Part shown: positions 22,738-35,506 of the stretch, one piece after another
Layout: every line of letters begins with the position of its first letter
Numbering within the stretch: the stretch's first letter is position 1
From: Paecilomyces variotii
Taxonomy: Eukaryota
Assembly (NCBI GenBank): GCA_004022145.1
Contig: RCNU01000003.1
DNA length: 64,000 nt
Direction: 5' to 3' (one strand)
The notes under the pieces: model-generated
Told to the model about the DNA's origin: nothing
What the model saw: only the letters and a program-made list of their open reading frames with translations
Databases searched by the model: none
Translations under genes and position numbers: made by a program

Positions 22738-24609
22738 ATGGCGACGATCCCAGGTATGTCTTTCGAGGTATTAGAAGCTTGTGTGGAATGCAACTGTTGC
22801 TGACAGCATGTGCGTAGTCATTGTCAAGCACCAAGGCAAACGTCATGAGGTCGAGCTCGACCCGACGTCAAATGGCGAGACTTTCAAGTACCAGCTCTAC
22901 TCTTTGACTGGTGTCGAGCCGGACAGGCAGAAGATCCTGGTGAAAGGTGGTCAGCTTAAGGATGACACCCCCCTTTCTTCTCTCAACGCCAAGCCCGGAC
23001 AGACCTTCATGATGATGGGTACTCCGTCCGGAGCCCAAGGCGAGGCCGCTCTCGGACGGCCGAAGGATGCGATCAAGTTCCTGGAGGATATGACGGAAGC
23101 TGAAGCAGCTAGAGCGGATGGTGCTACTCCTGCCGGTCTGCAAAACCTTGGAAACACTTGTTACTTGAATGCCACGCTTCAGACGTTGAAGGGCATGCCT
23201 GAACTTCAGGAAGAACTTATGAAGTACAGTTCCTCCTCCGGCGCCGGTACGGGCTCTGGTGGGCTCTCGGATCTCAGCACATTTGGCCTGGGAGGGCTGG
23301 GTGCATCGATGGATCTGACAGCCTCTCTACGAGATCTGTATAAGCAAATGTCTGAGACGCAAGAAGGGTTCCCGCCACTCATGTTCTTGAATGCCCTACG
23401 GAATGCTTTCCCTCAGTTTGCACAGAAGGCCGAGCACGGCCATGGATATGCCCAGCAGGATGCGGAAGAAGCGTGGTCGCAGATCATCAGTCAGTTGCGC
23501 CACAGGCTGATAATCAAAGAAGGCGAAGGCGACATCTCGTTCATAGATAAATATCTTGCTGGTCAGATGGAATCTGTTATTGAGTGTGATGAAGCGGCGG
23601 CCAAGGAGGCAGGCGAGGAACCCGTGAAAACTTCCGATTCCTTCTTGAAATTAGACTGTCACATCAACAAGGAAACCAACCACCTCCGTGATGGCATTCT
23701 GGATGGTCTCGAGGAGAAAATAGAGAAAAACTCGCCCACACTGGGCCGAGACGCAAGCTATACGAAGCGATCGCGCATCTCTCGCTTGCCTAAGTACCTG
23801 ACTGTGCACTTTGTCAGATTCTTCTGGAAGCGTGAAACCAAGAAGAAGGCTAAGATCATGCGCAAGGTCACTTTCCCTGCAGAGCTCGATGCTGTGGAAT
23901 TCTGCACGGAAACGCTCCAGAAGCAACTTATCCCAGTTAGGGACAAGGTCCGCGAGATTCGCAAGGATGAGCAGGACGTCGAGCGAGCTAGAAAGCGACA
24001 AAAGATTGCTCACCAGCGCGAGGAAGCCGCCAACGCCGGAGCAGGTGGCCCTGTCGAGCCATTACAGAAGAAGGCGGCTGCGGAGGAGCAGAAGGAGTCT
24101 GAGAAGAAGCCTGAGGCGAAGGATATGGACACTGGAATGACTGACGTCTTCAAGTCGGACGAGGAGTTTGAGGCTGAGAGAACAGCTTCGATTCTCAAGG
24201 CCAAGAAAGAGCTCTTTGAACTTATCGACCCGAAACTTGCCACGGACGAGGGATCGAACAAATCGGGCCTGTATGAACTTCGCGGAGTCATTACCCATCA
24301 AGGAGCCAGTGCCGATAGCGGCCACTACACCGCGTACGTGAAGAAGCAAGGACGCCTTGTCGACGACCCTAGAGCTCCAGGCGGAAAGAGACGCGAGGAA
24401 GATGGCAAGTGGTGGTGGTTCAACGATGAGAAAGTGACGGAGGTAGAGGCTGATAAGATTGAGACTCTTTCTGGCGGTGGTAAGTGCTTTTCGATTCCGA
24501 CCTATGTCTGTTTACCATTGCTGATATCGTTTTAGGTGAGTCGCATTCTGCATTGATCCTCCTTTACCGCGCCATTGATCTCCCGACTGCCGAGGAGATC
24601 CAGCAGTGA
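22738..24609 (+). CDS. UBP6: Proteasome-associated ubiquitin C-terminal hydrolase Ubp6/USP14
   Basis: MATIP|VIVKHQGK start with an N-terminal UBL domain (LYSLTGVEPDRQKIL). Cys box GLQNLGNTCY, QQDAEE, His box HQGASADSGHYTAY, WWWFND. Introns at ~22754-22818 and ~24480-24535; ends ESHSALILLYRAIDLPTAEEIQQ*. Confidence 0.96.
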
Positions 24610-25057
24610 TCGCCCCATTATGCGCTCTTCGTCGTTTCAGCAATGCTGCAGCATGATTTGATTGTCGCTTTCTTGAGAAATCCACTGCAGATTCACCTCA
24701 CCATGATATGATGCGTTTAGATGAACCAAAATCACGAGTTAGAACATACGAACTTGATTTAGATTATGATCCAACCATGTTGTATGGTAATAAAGAAATA
24801 CTTCTACGAGGAGTAGCCTTTATATCTTAAAGACACTCATTCGTAATTTGTTAGACTTGGCCCTCAACTATAGCTAATATGTTCCAATGTACCGAGTAGA
24901 TCAAGGACCCATTGACAATATTCCCCGCGATCTCCAAATCCACGCCACGTGACCTTGGGCATTATGCCTCGGTAGACTCTCCGAACGCTCGTCAGACAAT
25001 ATCTCAGTCCTCCGCAGGCGACAGCGACCAGCAGCATTGACGATACTCGCAGCAAAG

Positions 25058-26023
25058 ATGCCCTTTGCACGGAGCTTTCAAGCTCCATTATTAAAGCAGA
25101 TATATCCACAACGGCCGTTGGCATTATCACTAAGACCAACAAGACAGCTACTCTCGAAAAGATGCAATAGCTCAGCGACACCCCCAATTGCACCGCCCTC
25201 ACAATCGCAATCGCAAAAATCTACTCGATCGCGTCGCCTCCGCAACTTACTCTACATCGCCATATTTGGTGGTCTGGGCCTATCGCTCGGTAGCGGAATA
25301 GAGAAGCTAATAGCCTCCCCTCCGGTACCTGATACGGAAGAAGACATTACGTGGAGAAAAAGGATAGAGAGGGAATATGAATTTCTACCGGTCGTGCAGG
25401 CATTAAGAAATGATCCGGACCTTGGAGGAGAGTGGACGGCCTATAGCAATTTTTCAGATGAGGAGAAAGAACATCGGTTGACGTCGGGGTCGTTGAAGGG
25501 GAGTAGGGGGTTGGCGTTGCAGGTTAGTTATAGGTTCATCTTTTCTTTCCGATTTTCATGTCGCTGCTTTTGTTCCATTGAAACACTGCTTGACGACGGG
25601 GAAAAAAAAGAAATGAACGGATTGAGCTAACATTGGTAAACCCAGAAACTCTTCTACAACGACAAGAAAAAGAGCATCATAAACGTCGTCTATTTCGGCG
25701 GTGGTCTAGAAGGCTGGCCCACCGTTGTGCACGGCGGCGCCCTCGCAACTGTTTTAGATGAGACGTTCGGCCGAGTCGCTGTTCGTAGCTTCCCTGCCAA
25801 AACGGGTGTTACGGCCAATCTCAACATCAACTACCGTGCTCGAGTTTCCTCGGGATCTTATTACACCATTCAGGCGACGCTAGATCCGATATTGAGCACG
25901 GATCGCAAAGCTCATATGACGGCTGAAGTTCGTGATCAGACAGGAAAGCTCTGTGTTGAGGCTACGGCGCTTTTTGTTGTGCCGAAGAATATACCGTTGA
26001 GGGCGATAGGTGATGGATTTTGA
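25058..26023 (+). CDS. Hotdog-fold thioesterase family protein (THEM4/Fmp10-like), probably mitochondrial
   Basis: Arg/Ser/Leu-rich presequence-like N-terminus and one hydrophobic segment. Intron ~25523-25645. Motifs GWPTVVHGGALATVLDE and TANLNINYR are typical of the 4HBT/PaaI thioesterase fold. Confidence 0.88.
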
Positions 26024-26630
26024 GTGCGTCAAATTTTATGGACTATGATAATATATTTTTGTATATATGTGTAAGAAGGGTGACTATCGTCTAGACTCTG
26101 TTGGGTTGTGTACATATACAGGATGATAGCCGGATATATTTGACAGAAGATAGAATATATATTTTCGGTTACTGATGACAGCTAGGTCCAAATCTACCCA
26201 GCATAGATTAAGACTACAATATTACTGTCTCCCAGAATGCCACTGGTCCAACGTATGCAACAGGACGAGACCAATAATATCAGCATTGGCTTCGTGTTGG
26301 TATTGAACCGGGCTTCGAGATCTAATCGACACGTCATCCTGCAAAACCACGATTCCGCAATCACGCATATTCCAATCATAGGTATCATCAAGCTCACTAA
26401 TTACTGTACATATGCAACATAGACCTAACCAGAGATTGACAGTACGTCGATAGTACATTAAATTATCCAGTGGTTTGCTCTTCCGGTGGTAAGGGCCAAT
26501 CCAACGCCGCGCTAAAAATGCAAGATAGAAGAAATGAAAGCGTAAAGCAGCTCAATTGAACGACCAAAGAACCACGTCTATAAAGGCTGCATGTCATGTC
26601 TCACTGTGTAATTGTAGCAATGATTAACTA

Positions 26631-29600
26631 TTAGCGCATCGTTCGCGTTGGTCGGTGACTGCTCTTCTTTTCCTTAGTGGCGTTTGGTGCTGAAGATTCC
26701 TTCTTTTCATCCTTAGAAGTCAGGCCGCGGCTTAATCCAGCACCCAAGCCTCTCGCAAGAGATGCAAATGGTGAAGAACGAAAGATTTCTAGGTCATCTT
26801 GGTCATGACCAGCGTTAAGCGACACCCGAGAAGAACTGCCAGGGGCAATTTCAGTCCACCTGCGACGAGATCTGCTTCTCGAGCTGTGTCTACTATCGCC
26901 CTCATGCCCGGGAGTAAGACTGGGAGGGAGAGACACTTTGTACACCACATGTTCAGAACAGTTGCAGCCACAACCGCTGGGGCAGAACTGCACACCGGTG
27001 CTGTCTTTTTGTTCTATATTCTGTGTGCTGGCCCCCGTCAACTCGTCAGGAGGCCTGGAGAACCATAGCTGGTGACATTCGAAGCAGCTGAGATGCCCGC
27101 AGTTGAGACATGGCGTAAACATCCCGTCCACAATCTCACCACATATGATGCATGGGAGTCTCGTGGGCAATGGCTGTACTGGCTTGCAGTTCGGACATTT
27201 CAAGGCCGACTGGTTCGTAGCGGTCTTGCCATTTGCCGCATTCTTTTTTGAGGAAGTAGCAAAAACAGATAGCTGTAGAGCAAAACCACAGTTGGTGCAA
27301 TGTTTTTGAATGTCCAACCCCCGATTTGCTTCAGTAAGGAGAGGTGCAGGTGACTCCTTGCGCTTAGAGGACGGGAGGGAGATGGACGCCCGAGGACTGC
27401 GAGAGCCATGACGGCTGAAGCGTGGAGTAGCACTGTCTGTTATCCTATTTATTTTAAGCACTTCACTGCGCTGAATTGGCAGCCCCCAAATAAACAACAA
27501 ATGAGCGTACGCAGCGCGATAGGAGCCATAGAGCCAATCTTTCCTATTGTCAAGGAATGTGTTGTGACTATTTCCATCGCTGTCGAACGAGTCTTGGTTT
27601 TTGAACGTTATCTTCATTCTCATAGGCTGTTTCGCGAGCTGGGGACGTCTCTCACTCTCGGTATCAGACTGAGCTTGTGATGTCATCGTGCCAGATGTTG
27701 TCAAATAATCAGGAATCGCTGACGCAGCCCGACTGAAAAACCCGCTAGTAGTCCATGCTCCTGGCCCAGCTGAAGTGTTCAGGCTGCCATTGGGACTTGG
27801 CCTCTTTTGCTTGAGAGTGCTTGCGGGAGGTGAAGCTGATGATGGTCCGAAGGTAAAGGATCGCGATAGGGATGATGCCAGGGCCGACCCGATACCAGAG
27901 CTGCTTCGGGGAACCGAGTGCTGGTCTGGAGAAGCTGAAATCGAGAGACCTTGGATGTTACTTTTCCTGTCTGCCGTTACAGCCCCTGCACGAGACGCAA
28001 CTGGAGGCGTTGTACCGGTGGAATAAGGTGGCGTGAAGTCACTTCGCAAGAATTCTGCAGATGAACGACGAGGGCTCTGGACGCCCGAGGTATTGTGGCT
28101 ATCTCTCGACGCAATTGTAATCGGAGTCGTGACTTGTGATCTATGGGATGTTGGTTTGGAATAGTTGAAGTCCAAAGAGAAACTAGGGTCCTCTATATGG
28201 GCAGATGTTGTATTATCTCGGCGATGCAGTCTAGGAGAAGCATTCCTCCTAGTCCCAGATTCATGGAAAATGGAAGAAAGCATCGCAAGCATTTGCACAT
28301 CTCCGATCCTTTCGAAGTGATCAAAGAGGGCAGGAACAAGCCAGCGACCACCGAGCGGGTGTTCTCCCCATCGGATATTGCTAGAGGTTGCAACATCTGG
28401 TGAGGCCTTGGGGTTATCGTAGCTCAAATCGACCCCACTATCCTTTCTTTTCATGTCACCAGTAGTTGCAAGTCTTGCGATCGTAGGAATATCAGCCTGA
28501 AGCTCTGGCTCGTTGGGGACCTGATTGTGCAGTATCAGTCTAATCAGACCCCAGACTTGAGCTAGGTCGTGGTATCCTGCATCTGCGGCCACAGCTGCGT
28601 TATGAGCACAAACATCAGCACCCTTCCCAAAGATACGATACTGGACAGCCAACTCCCTCTTTGCTGGCAACAGGTAGTTAAAATCGTGGATCGAAATGAT
28701 GTTCTGCGGTGCATCCGATGACCTCTGAGGACCACCGCCATTCGTAGATTTCTGGGAGTTGTCTGTAGAACGTGCCTGACGGAATCCCAGACTTCCGGCA
28801 CTACGCCAGGTTTGGGGCGCCGGAAAACGACTTGGGAGGCCTGTAAGAAGGCCCGAGGACCCGGATGAACTCGATGATGCGACGGAGGAATCGTCGGAAT
28901 AGTCTGAGGTGCCATCGTCTGTGATGGTATTCGTTCCCGTGCCCGTGCCCGTGCCAGTACCGGTCGTTGTCCTTGGACCCGGTGAGCTCGTTTGAAGGCG
29001 ACCGAACCCTTCAAAGACTTTGTCGGCTCGAGACAGCCTGGTCATGGCGCTGAAGCCAAGGGTATCAAACACAGCACTCTGCCTGTCCTTTTTGGGTGGG
29101 AAGAAGCAGACAAGTCGACCATCGTTGGCCCAAAGCGCACCACATGCCTTCGCAACGGGGACCATGACATTCGCGTTCACCGGTCGAAGAAGCTCGGAGC
29201 TCATACCCAGATCCTGGTTCTGGAATTGGCCTACCTCTTCATCTTCGTCACTTGATTCTTCGCCTTCCACTGTGCCCGTGACTGGCGACTTGACTGTCTC
29301 TGCAGTCTCACCGAGAACCCAGGCGACGCTTTCTTCGAGATTGCACTCTCCTAGTAGATATCGCAGTACGCCTTCTAGACAACCACGTTTCTTCGCAAGA
29401 TAAATTTCTGCGATCGTGCGTAGCTCTGAGGCAATTTTGTTCGCCAGCTGATCAGTTACCGATGTCGTCCTTTGAATATTGAAGGTCGGGATAGCACTTC
29501 GGGGATATTCGCTGGGAAACTTGATGTCCACCTTCAAGAATAGAGAAGCTCCTTCGGGCCCCCATGGCCCATGGAGTGAAACCGTTGTCTTGCGCTGTCT

Positions 29601-31076
29601 GATATCGACAGACTCAAAGACAACTTTAGTGAATCTCTCTCCTACATGTGTTATTTCGTCACCGAGAGTCTCGATGTCCCAGCCGGATATTTTTACACCC
29701 CGCATCCAAGCGATGGGATTCGTATCGGCCCTGATATTGGAGCGTGTTTGCATGCCGACTCTTGAATCCAGCTGGCCACCCTGTGTCCACGGACGAGCAG
29801 AACGCAGCGAGACATTATTCATGGCTATGCCTCCGCCGGTCCGTGGGCGATGTTGACCTGTAGTCCGAGGTCCTGACGACAGGGCAGGCTCAGACTCAAA
29901 TAATTCGGTAAAATCCTGGTCCAGAGGCTCATCACGGTAGGTCTTGTATACGGCACCTTTGCGCGTGATGTTCAAGGTCGGGACAAACGATTTTCCTTTC
30001 TCATATCCAACAGCCCTTAATACCTCCGGATCGACCCTGTGCAAGCGGAGTTCCCTGTCAGTGCCCCAGGAGACAAGTTGGAAATCTCTGTGGTCGATGC
30101 CATCCATGACAGATCCACGAGCTCTCCATAGAAATTCCTTGACTTGGCCCTTATGGCCGGGGAAGCTATGGACCAAAGAAAGGGTCTGGTTCGGGTCAAA
30201 TATTTGGTTTCCTTCAGGCGTTCGACGACTATATAGATGGAGATCACTGTTTCCACGCTGCGGCATAGCTAACACCCCCCAGCCGAAAGGTGTGTTCCTA
30301 GCCCGCCAAACCGGAAACGGTGTCTTGATTACCTTTTCGGGGACTTCACCTTCAGCAGTGTAATCCCAGAATTTGATCGTTTTGTCTAGGGAGCAGGTAG
30401 TAACCGCCCCAGGACGAACTCGGTTCCAGTCAACGCCGTAAATCGTTGTGCTGTGCGCCTCAATAGACTTGATCGGCGTTGCACCCATTCTCTTGTCCCA
30501 GATTCTGAGGAATTTATCGTGAGAGCTTGCAATTACATGGGGGTCCTGTCTATTCCACTTGACTTGAGTTGCACCAGCAAACCAATCAGAGAATGATACG
30601 ACAGGTCTTGCAGGAGTCCGGAGATCCCAACAATGCACGAAACTATCAACACCACAAGTAGCAAGCGTGTCCGGATGATGAGCCGAGAAGTTGATATCCG
30701 TGATTGCGCGGGAATGAGCGTGTAGTACATGTTCAATGGAGTTCTCATGCGACTTCATGGCCAAGTTCCATACCAGTGCCTTCTGGTTCGACGTACTCAC
30801 AACCCAGTAATCGCGCACCGCGAACGGTGACCATTGTACGTCTGCAACCTCCCAGGGTGTATGATGAGGGAGATATCGAGGGGGCGAGTAAGGAGAATCA
30901 AGGTCGATGATATGGAGGCCTTCCTTCGAGGCAAGAACGACATCGCGCCCACACGGAGATATTGACGCGGAGCCGACTGGCTGCTCCACATGGAACGAAC
31001 TGTCTTCGCCAAAGGTTGGACTCTCAAAGGCTGAAGCCACCGTCTTCGACGTCTTTGAATCTGCCGGGCTAGACAT
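26631..31076 (-). CDS. MTC5: SEACAT/GATOR2 subunit Sea3/Mtc5 (WDR59 homolog): WD40 repeats, RWD domain, C-terminal RING-like Cys/His cluster
   Basis: Uninterrupted 1481-aa ORF. N-terminal WD repeats (HSRAITDINFS..WDLR, WNR..WDKR), RWD motif FPSEYP, GDVQMLAML segment, C-terminal CIICGE..CLNCGH..CH..W..CPSGCGCNC. Confidence 0.93.
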   Translation of the reverse strand: MSSPADSKTSKTVASAFESPTFGEDSSFHVEQPVGSASISPCGRDVVLASKEGLHIIDLDSPYSPPRYLPHHTPWEVADVQWSPFAVRDYWVVSTSNQKALVWNLAMKSHENSIEHVLHAHSRAITDINFSAHHPDTLATCGVDSFVHCWDLRTPARPVVSFSDWFAGATQVKWNRQDPHVIASSHDKFLRIWDKRMGATPIKSIEAHSTTIYGVDWNRVRPGAVTTCSLDKTIKFWDYTAEGEVPEKVIKTPFPVWRARNTPFGWGVLAMPQRGNSDLHLYSRRTPEGNQIFDPNQTLSLVHSFPGHKGQVKEFLWRARGSVMDGIDHRDFQLVSWGTDRELRLHRVDPEVLRAVGYEKGKSFVPTLNITRKGAVYKTYRDEPLDQDFTELFESEPALSSGPRTTGQHRPRTGGGIAMNNVSLRSARPWTQGGQLDSRVGMQTRSNIRADTNPIAWMRGVKISGWDIETLGDEITHVGERFTKVVFESVDIRQRKTTVSLHGPWGPEGASLFLKVDIKFPSEYPRSAIPTFNIQRTTSVTDQLANKIASELRTIAEIYLAKKRGCLEGVLRYLLGECNLEESVAWVLGETAETVKSPVTGTVEGEESSDEDEEVGQFQNQDLGMSSELLRPVNANVMVPVAKACGALWANDGRLVCFFPPKKDRQSAVFDTLGFSAMTRLSRADKVFEGFGRLQTSSPGPRTTTGTGTGTGTGTNTITDDGTSDYSDDSSVASSSSSGSSGLLTGLPSRFPAPQTWRSAGSLGFRQARSTDNSQKSTNGGGPQRSSDAPQNIISIHDFNYLLPAKRELAVQYRIFGKGADVCAHNAAVAADAGYHDLAQVWGLIRLILHNQVPNEPELQADIPTIARLATTGDMKRKDSGVDLSYDNPKASPDVATSSNIRWGEHPLGGRWLVPALFDHFERIGDVQMLAMLSSIFHESGTRRNASPRLHRRDNTTSAHIEDPSFSLDFNYSKPTSHRSQVTTPITIASRDSHNTSGVQSPRRSSAEFLRSDFTPPYSTGTTPPVASRAGAVTADRKSNIQGLSISASPDQHSVPRSSSGIGSALASSLSRSFTFGPSSASPPASTLKQKRPSPNGSLNTSAGPGAWTTSGFFSRAASAIPDYLTTSGTMTSQAQSDTESERRPQLAKQPMRMKITFKNQDSFDSDGNSHNTFLDNRKDWLYGSYRAAYAHLLFIWGLPIQRSEVLKINRITDSATPRFSRHGSRSPRASISLPSSKRKESPAPLLTEANRGLDIQKHCTNCGFALQLSVFATSSKKNAANGKTATNQSALKCPNCKPVQPLPTRLPCIICGEIVDGMFTPCLNCGHLSCFECHQLWFSRPPDELTGASTQNIEQKDSTGVQFCPSGCGCNCSEHVVYKVSLPPSLTPGHEGDSRHSSRSRSRRRWTEIAPGSSSRVSLNAGHDQDDLEIFRSSPFASLARGLGAGLSRGLTSKDEKKESSAPNATKEKKSSHRPTRTMR

Positions 31077-31911
31077 TTTGACAGTCTGCCTCCTCTAGAT
31101 ACAATGCCGTTCCGTAAGGCCGCAGTTGTGAGTACGGGGACCCTCAAGATGCCGATCGATCGCCACGGCAGAGCGAATACGAAGGTAGAGAGCCGTGGAA
31201 AGAAGCCATGTGCGGCTGTCTCATATCGATTATCCGTTGCAGTATTCGATAGTGAGGCTAGGCTGATCCTGGTATCCAGTCGCTTTGGTGATGGGTTTTC
31301 ATCGTGCGGCCCAGAAAATAAAACGGAAGATGCGTGGTACCTAGAAGAACATGGGGAGATCAGATATTCGCAAGTGCATTGGGCAAAGCTATGGTGCAAT
31401 TGAGTAAAAGGAAATGGTTGATCTAGTCAACATAACCTTTTTGAAGATGAAGTCCGAGCTTCAGCGATTGTATGGGGATAATCGGTCAACATTGTGGAGA
31501 AGGCATGGATCACCGCACGTGATATCTTCTGCACATAAAGCTCGTATCGGCCACCGGATAGATAGTGGGCTGTACTACGGGAGGCGGAACAGACCAGAGC
31601 TGGATGCCCCTCCTCTGTTACGTTCCTCACCTTGAAGAAGTCTGGCGGAGCTGCTGTTGGTAATATCTTATCAGCTTCACGTCTGCCATCTATTCACCAT
31701 AATCCATAACTCACTCTTTTAGAAAGAGCTTAAATTGCACCACAACTGGTGACGTCCAGCACATTCGGAGGTGCACTGCTTCTCTTGCAGAGTGGGGACA
31801 AAATCCGCAGCTTCGGAAGGGAAGAACTTGTTGCTTTATTGTAAAGCAACATTCGCTGTCTTAACAGCTTATTCGTTCTAAGCTGTTTGAACCGTCCTTT
31901 ATACCGACAAA

Positions 31912-32535
31912 ATGGCCTTGCCAAAGAGAATAGTGAAGGAGACGGAACGCCTAATGGCGGAACCGTGAGTTATATCCAGTATCAGCAATCATTCTAGGAG
32001 CTTTTGCTCACTGACGGAATACTCACAGGGTCCCTGGAATCAATGCTGTGCCTCATGAAGATAATCTGCGATATTTCGACGTCACGATCCATGGACCCGC
32101 GCAGTCTCCTTACGAAGGTAGGTGTTCCAATGTAGAAATTCATTGGGGGATTCCAGCTGACCCCGATGCAGGAGGTATCTTTAGGCTTGAGCTGTTTTTG
32201 CCAGACGACTACCCTATGACTCCTCCCAAGATCCGCTTCCTTACGAAGATCTATCATCCCAACATTGACCGACTCGGTAGAATCTGCTTGGATGTGCTGA
32301 AGAGTAAGACTTCCGGTAATTGTTCTTGTTCCAGTGGTATGAGACTAACATCTATCAAGACAACTGGTCACCGGCTTTGCAGATCCGCACTATCCTCCTT
32401 TCTATCCAGGCTCTGCTTGGAGCTCCTAACCCAGATGATCCTCTCGCAAATGACGTTGCCCAGCGTTGGAAGGAAGACGAGCCTGCAGCCATTCAGACTG
32501 CTAGGGAGTGGACGAGGACGCACGCTATGACCTAG
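31912..32535 (+). CDS. UBC13: Ubiquitin-conjugating enzyme E2 Ubc13 (UBE2N)
   Basis: [88 protein letters not shown]; 3 short introns. Confidence 0.97.
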
Positions 32536-34669
32536 AGCCCAGACTATTGTTCTTCTTAAACCAGTCGCGACTACTAGAAACATATCGACGACCTCTGATG
32601 TGATCACGAAAACAACCAAGACCTATCCGGTTCCAATTAAGTGAAAGACATTTCCTCAGCGCCTTCTGAACCATTCTACTTTCTATCTACATACTTTGCT
32701 ACGCTTTTAGAGTTATCGAGTACGCCATATGGATGGTCATCTTTTTTTGCTGTGGGACGGGGCGGTGTTAAAAAAAGAGTTGAAATTTTCTTTTACTTTT
32801 GCTATTTTGCCCATGTTCCCCGACCTTGCCGGCTTGAGGCGTTAAGCAGGAAATGTCCTGTTTTGCTTCTCTTTGTCTCGTAAATCGGGCATATCCTCCC
32901 AGAAATTTCTAGCCTAAACCTCGATTCCGAACTTGCACAGTACCAAGAGCTGTTGGGGAGCCTTGCGGTTTAGTTATGTTATGTAGCTAGTTTCATGGTT
33001 CTCACGTAGAATCTACCGGTCCATGTTTACAATATCTTGTCCAGATTCCCATATAAGGGAATGTTGTTGGGGATGGCCATAACTGCACCTTCTCTTTTCT
33101 GAGAGTTAGAGATACCTAGAGTTGTAAGATGACGTCGTATGACTCCGCGTAGAACCGTAGAGCTCGAATATATTGATATAGCAGAAGTTACCAGTGCTGG
33201 AGAATGAGCTGTATCTAAGATATTACATCTCTAGATCATACACACTTGCCGGTTTACCTCCTTAGACTATTTCTTCTGGGGGTTTCATCCCACGATACAT
33301 GATAAGCTTGCCTTACTTTCTGTGTGAAGGGTTCCTCTATTTCCCGTAGACTCCTAACCTCCATGGTTCTAGATAGATGTTATTGTTCCGTTACCCCAGG
33401 ACAGTAGTACTTTTGATGGCAGATAATACCTACCTATAAATGAAATAAATTGCCTGTGTATAGAACATTTTCAAACCAGAAAAACTACGAATAGTGACCA
33501 CTAATTCAATGAGGATTCTGGATTCTGGAATAGCGCGCCGACCCAAGTCATCTAGAGCAATCTTGGTGACTGCATACCAGACTATGGTATAGAGACCATG
33601 GCTAAGATAGTAGATAAGCAGTCTTATGGTACCAAGAAGCTACAAGACGCCATGAGGAAGTGTACGAAGTGGACGCCTATGGAAAACTGATATGATATGC
33701 TGTTGCTCGCTTGATTTCGTCGGTGTCCCAGATATGCCATGCTCAAGCTTTCTCTATTTCCTTCCCCTAAGTCCTGACTCTGGAAATTCTGCATGCTAGG
33801 ATGATTGATCTGATTCAATACATGTAGAACTCATCCTACATTGACGATCATCTGTGCTAAATGCTATTCCAGTGGCATTAAACTGCCAATGCTGACAAAG
33901 AGACAATCCTACGCACGTCAGTGTCATCTGTAGTGCATAAATATCGTTCATTTCCTGGATTTCTGGCGTGTGGTGTTCGATATAGAGCTAGATTTGACCT
34001 CTCTATGAACAACAGTAGGTATATATAGGACTCCTTTGTTCCAGTTAGTGCATTTCGGTCCCCTGTAATGTGAAACTGTTATATGGATCTGTATTTTCTG
34101 GATTCACCCCGGTCGTTTACGCACCTGAGATCACGATCTGCCGCTTTGTATACAATCTGTTGACCCCGATGATATCGACGACATAATCGATTGACGACAT
34201 AATCGATGCTAACCCTTATTGTCCACGTAGATCCACACGTAGGACATCTAGGCATGAGTGTTCCTCTACCCCTCCGCCTCTGTTCTTCTCTCCCATTTCT
34301 CCTCAGGGGTCTCTTTCTCTGCATACAGCTAGGCTTGGCCGCAGTCTGCATCGGACTCGCTCACCTCTGACGATTGTTATCTGCATTCAGACTGGATATA
34401 GAGTCATATTTCATGCGGACTTATCTCCAAATTCTGGCAGACATCCTTGAACTCAGTTGGCCTCCAGAATAGACAGGTCTTTCTGGACGTGTGTCGTGAA
34501 CGAACGTGTAACGCTCTTTCAGTCTCTAGTTTTTCTCTCTCTCGATCTCAAATCCCTTGACTCCTTTCGGTCAGTGAGCCTTGAGTACGTGTCACGGTAC
34601 TGAGGAACAAGAGGAACAAAGATCTATCTTCGCTTCGGACAATCACTTCGAGGAGACCTCCGACTGCAT

Positions 34670-35506
34670 ATGAGCGTCATGGATCAAGGTACCGAGGAGC
34701 CCGCCGAGTATAGCAAAGGCTATATTTCCCCCTTTGCCCATGGCCAAATGATGTGGACTGACTTCACTCCATTTAGCCCATGGAAATACCGATATCAGCG
34801 AGGGAGAACGAATCACTGCTCTGCCGCCGACTCCTGCAGTTTTCGACTACCCTAATGCTAGCGTGGTAGGCCAATAGTTCCCATATGATGACTGACACAC
34901 GATTGGACTAACGCTATAAATAATCAGGGGGGACTCCGCGAGATCAGATCCGCTCGCCGTTCGAGGGATCGTCGTCGCCGTATTCGTGCCGCACGTCTCC
35001 AACTTGAGTCCCTAGAAGGCAGACAACGCGTTTACGAACGTTTCTTCTCTTCTCTCGGGGAAGCTAGAGACCCAAGCTATGATGATTGTGGATGCGGGAT
35101 AACCGGCAAATTTGCCTACCAGCTGGGCAAATGGAAGCAGAATTGCAGTGAATTGCTGATCCGTATCCTCGCAGCAATCAAGCACAGAAGCTCCCCCGAA
35201 GAGCATATGAATTTCGAAAATGCGCCTCGTTCAGTGTTAGTCAGACTCTCAACCAAAGATCAGGGAAATTTAATAACCAATTCTAGTCACCCAAGCTCAA
35301 CCCCCTCATTCAGTGTTGTACGCAACGGTAAGTTTAGGCACCATTATGACCATGATATTGAAATGAGAGTGAAGCTGAGCGCCGTGGAACCAGAACCTCC
35401 CAATGACGTCCTTGAGGAGAGAGGACGCCCGCGTCATCGTCACCTTGGATCGCGGCGGAGAGATAACAACAGTCTAAGTGTCAGGAGACGTCGCAGTGTT
35501 GGTTAG
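34670..35506 (+). CDS. Hypothetical multi-exon protein (no recognised domain); 3' end uncertain, may continue into the gene at 36283
   Basis: Exons 34670-34688, 34777-34865 and 34928 onward join in frame through introns with CTGAC/CTAAC branch points: MSVMDQAHGNTDISEGERITALPPTPAVFDYPNASVGGLREIRSARRSRDRRRRIRAARLQLESLEGRQRVYERFF. Further probable introns at 35236-35286 and 35328-35393. Confidence 0.5.

Noticed and set aside
35010-35110. Apparent premature TAG/TAA codons suggesting A-to-I stop-codon editing
   Set aside because: They lie out of frame once the introns are placed; the exon from 34928 is open.
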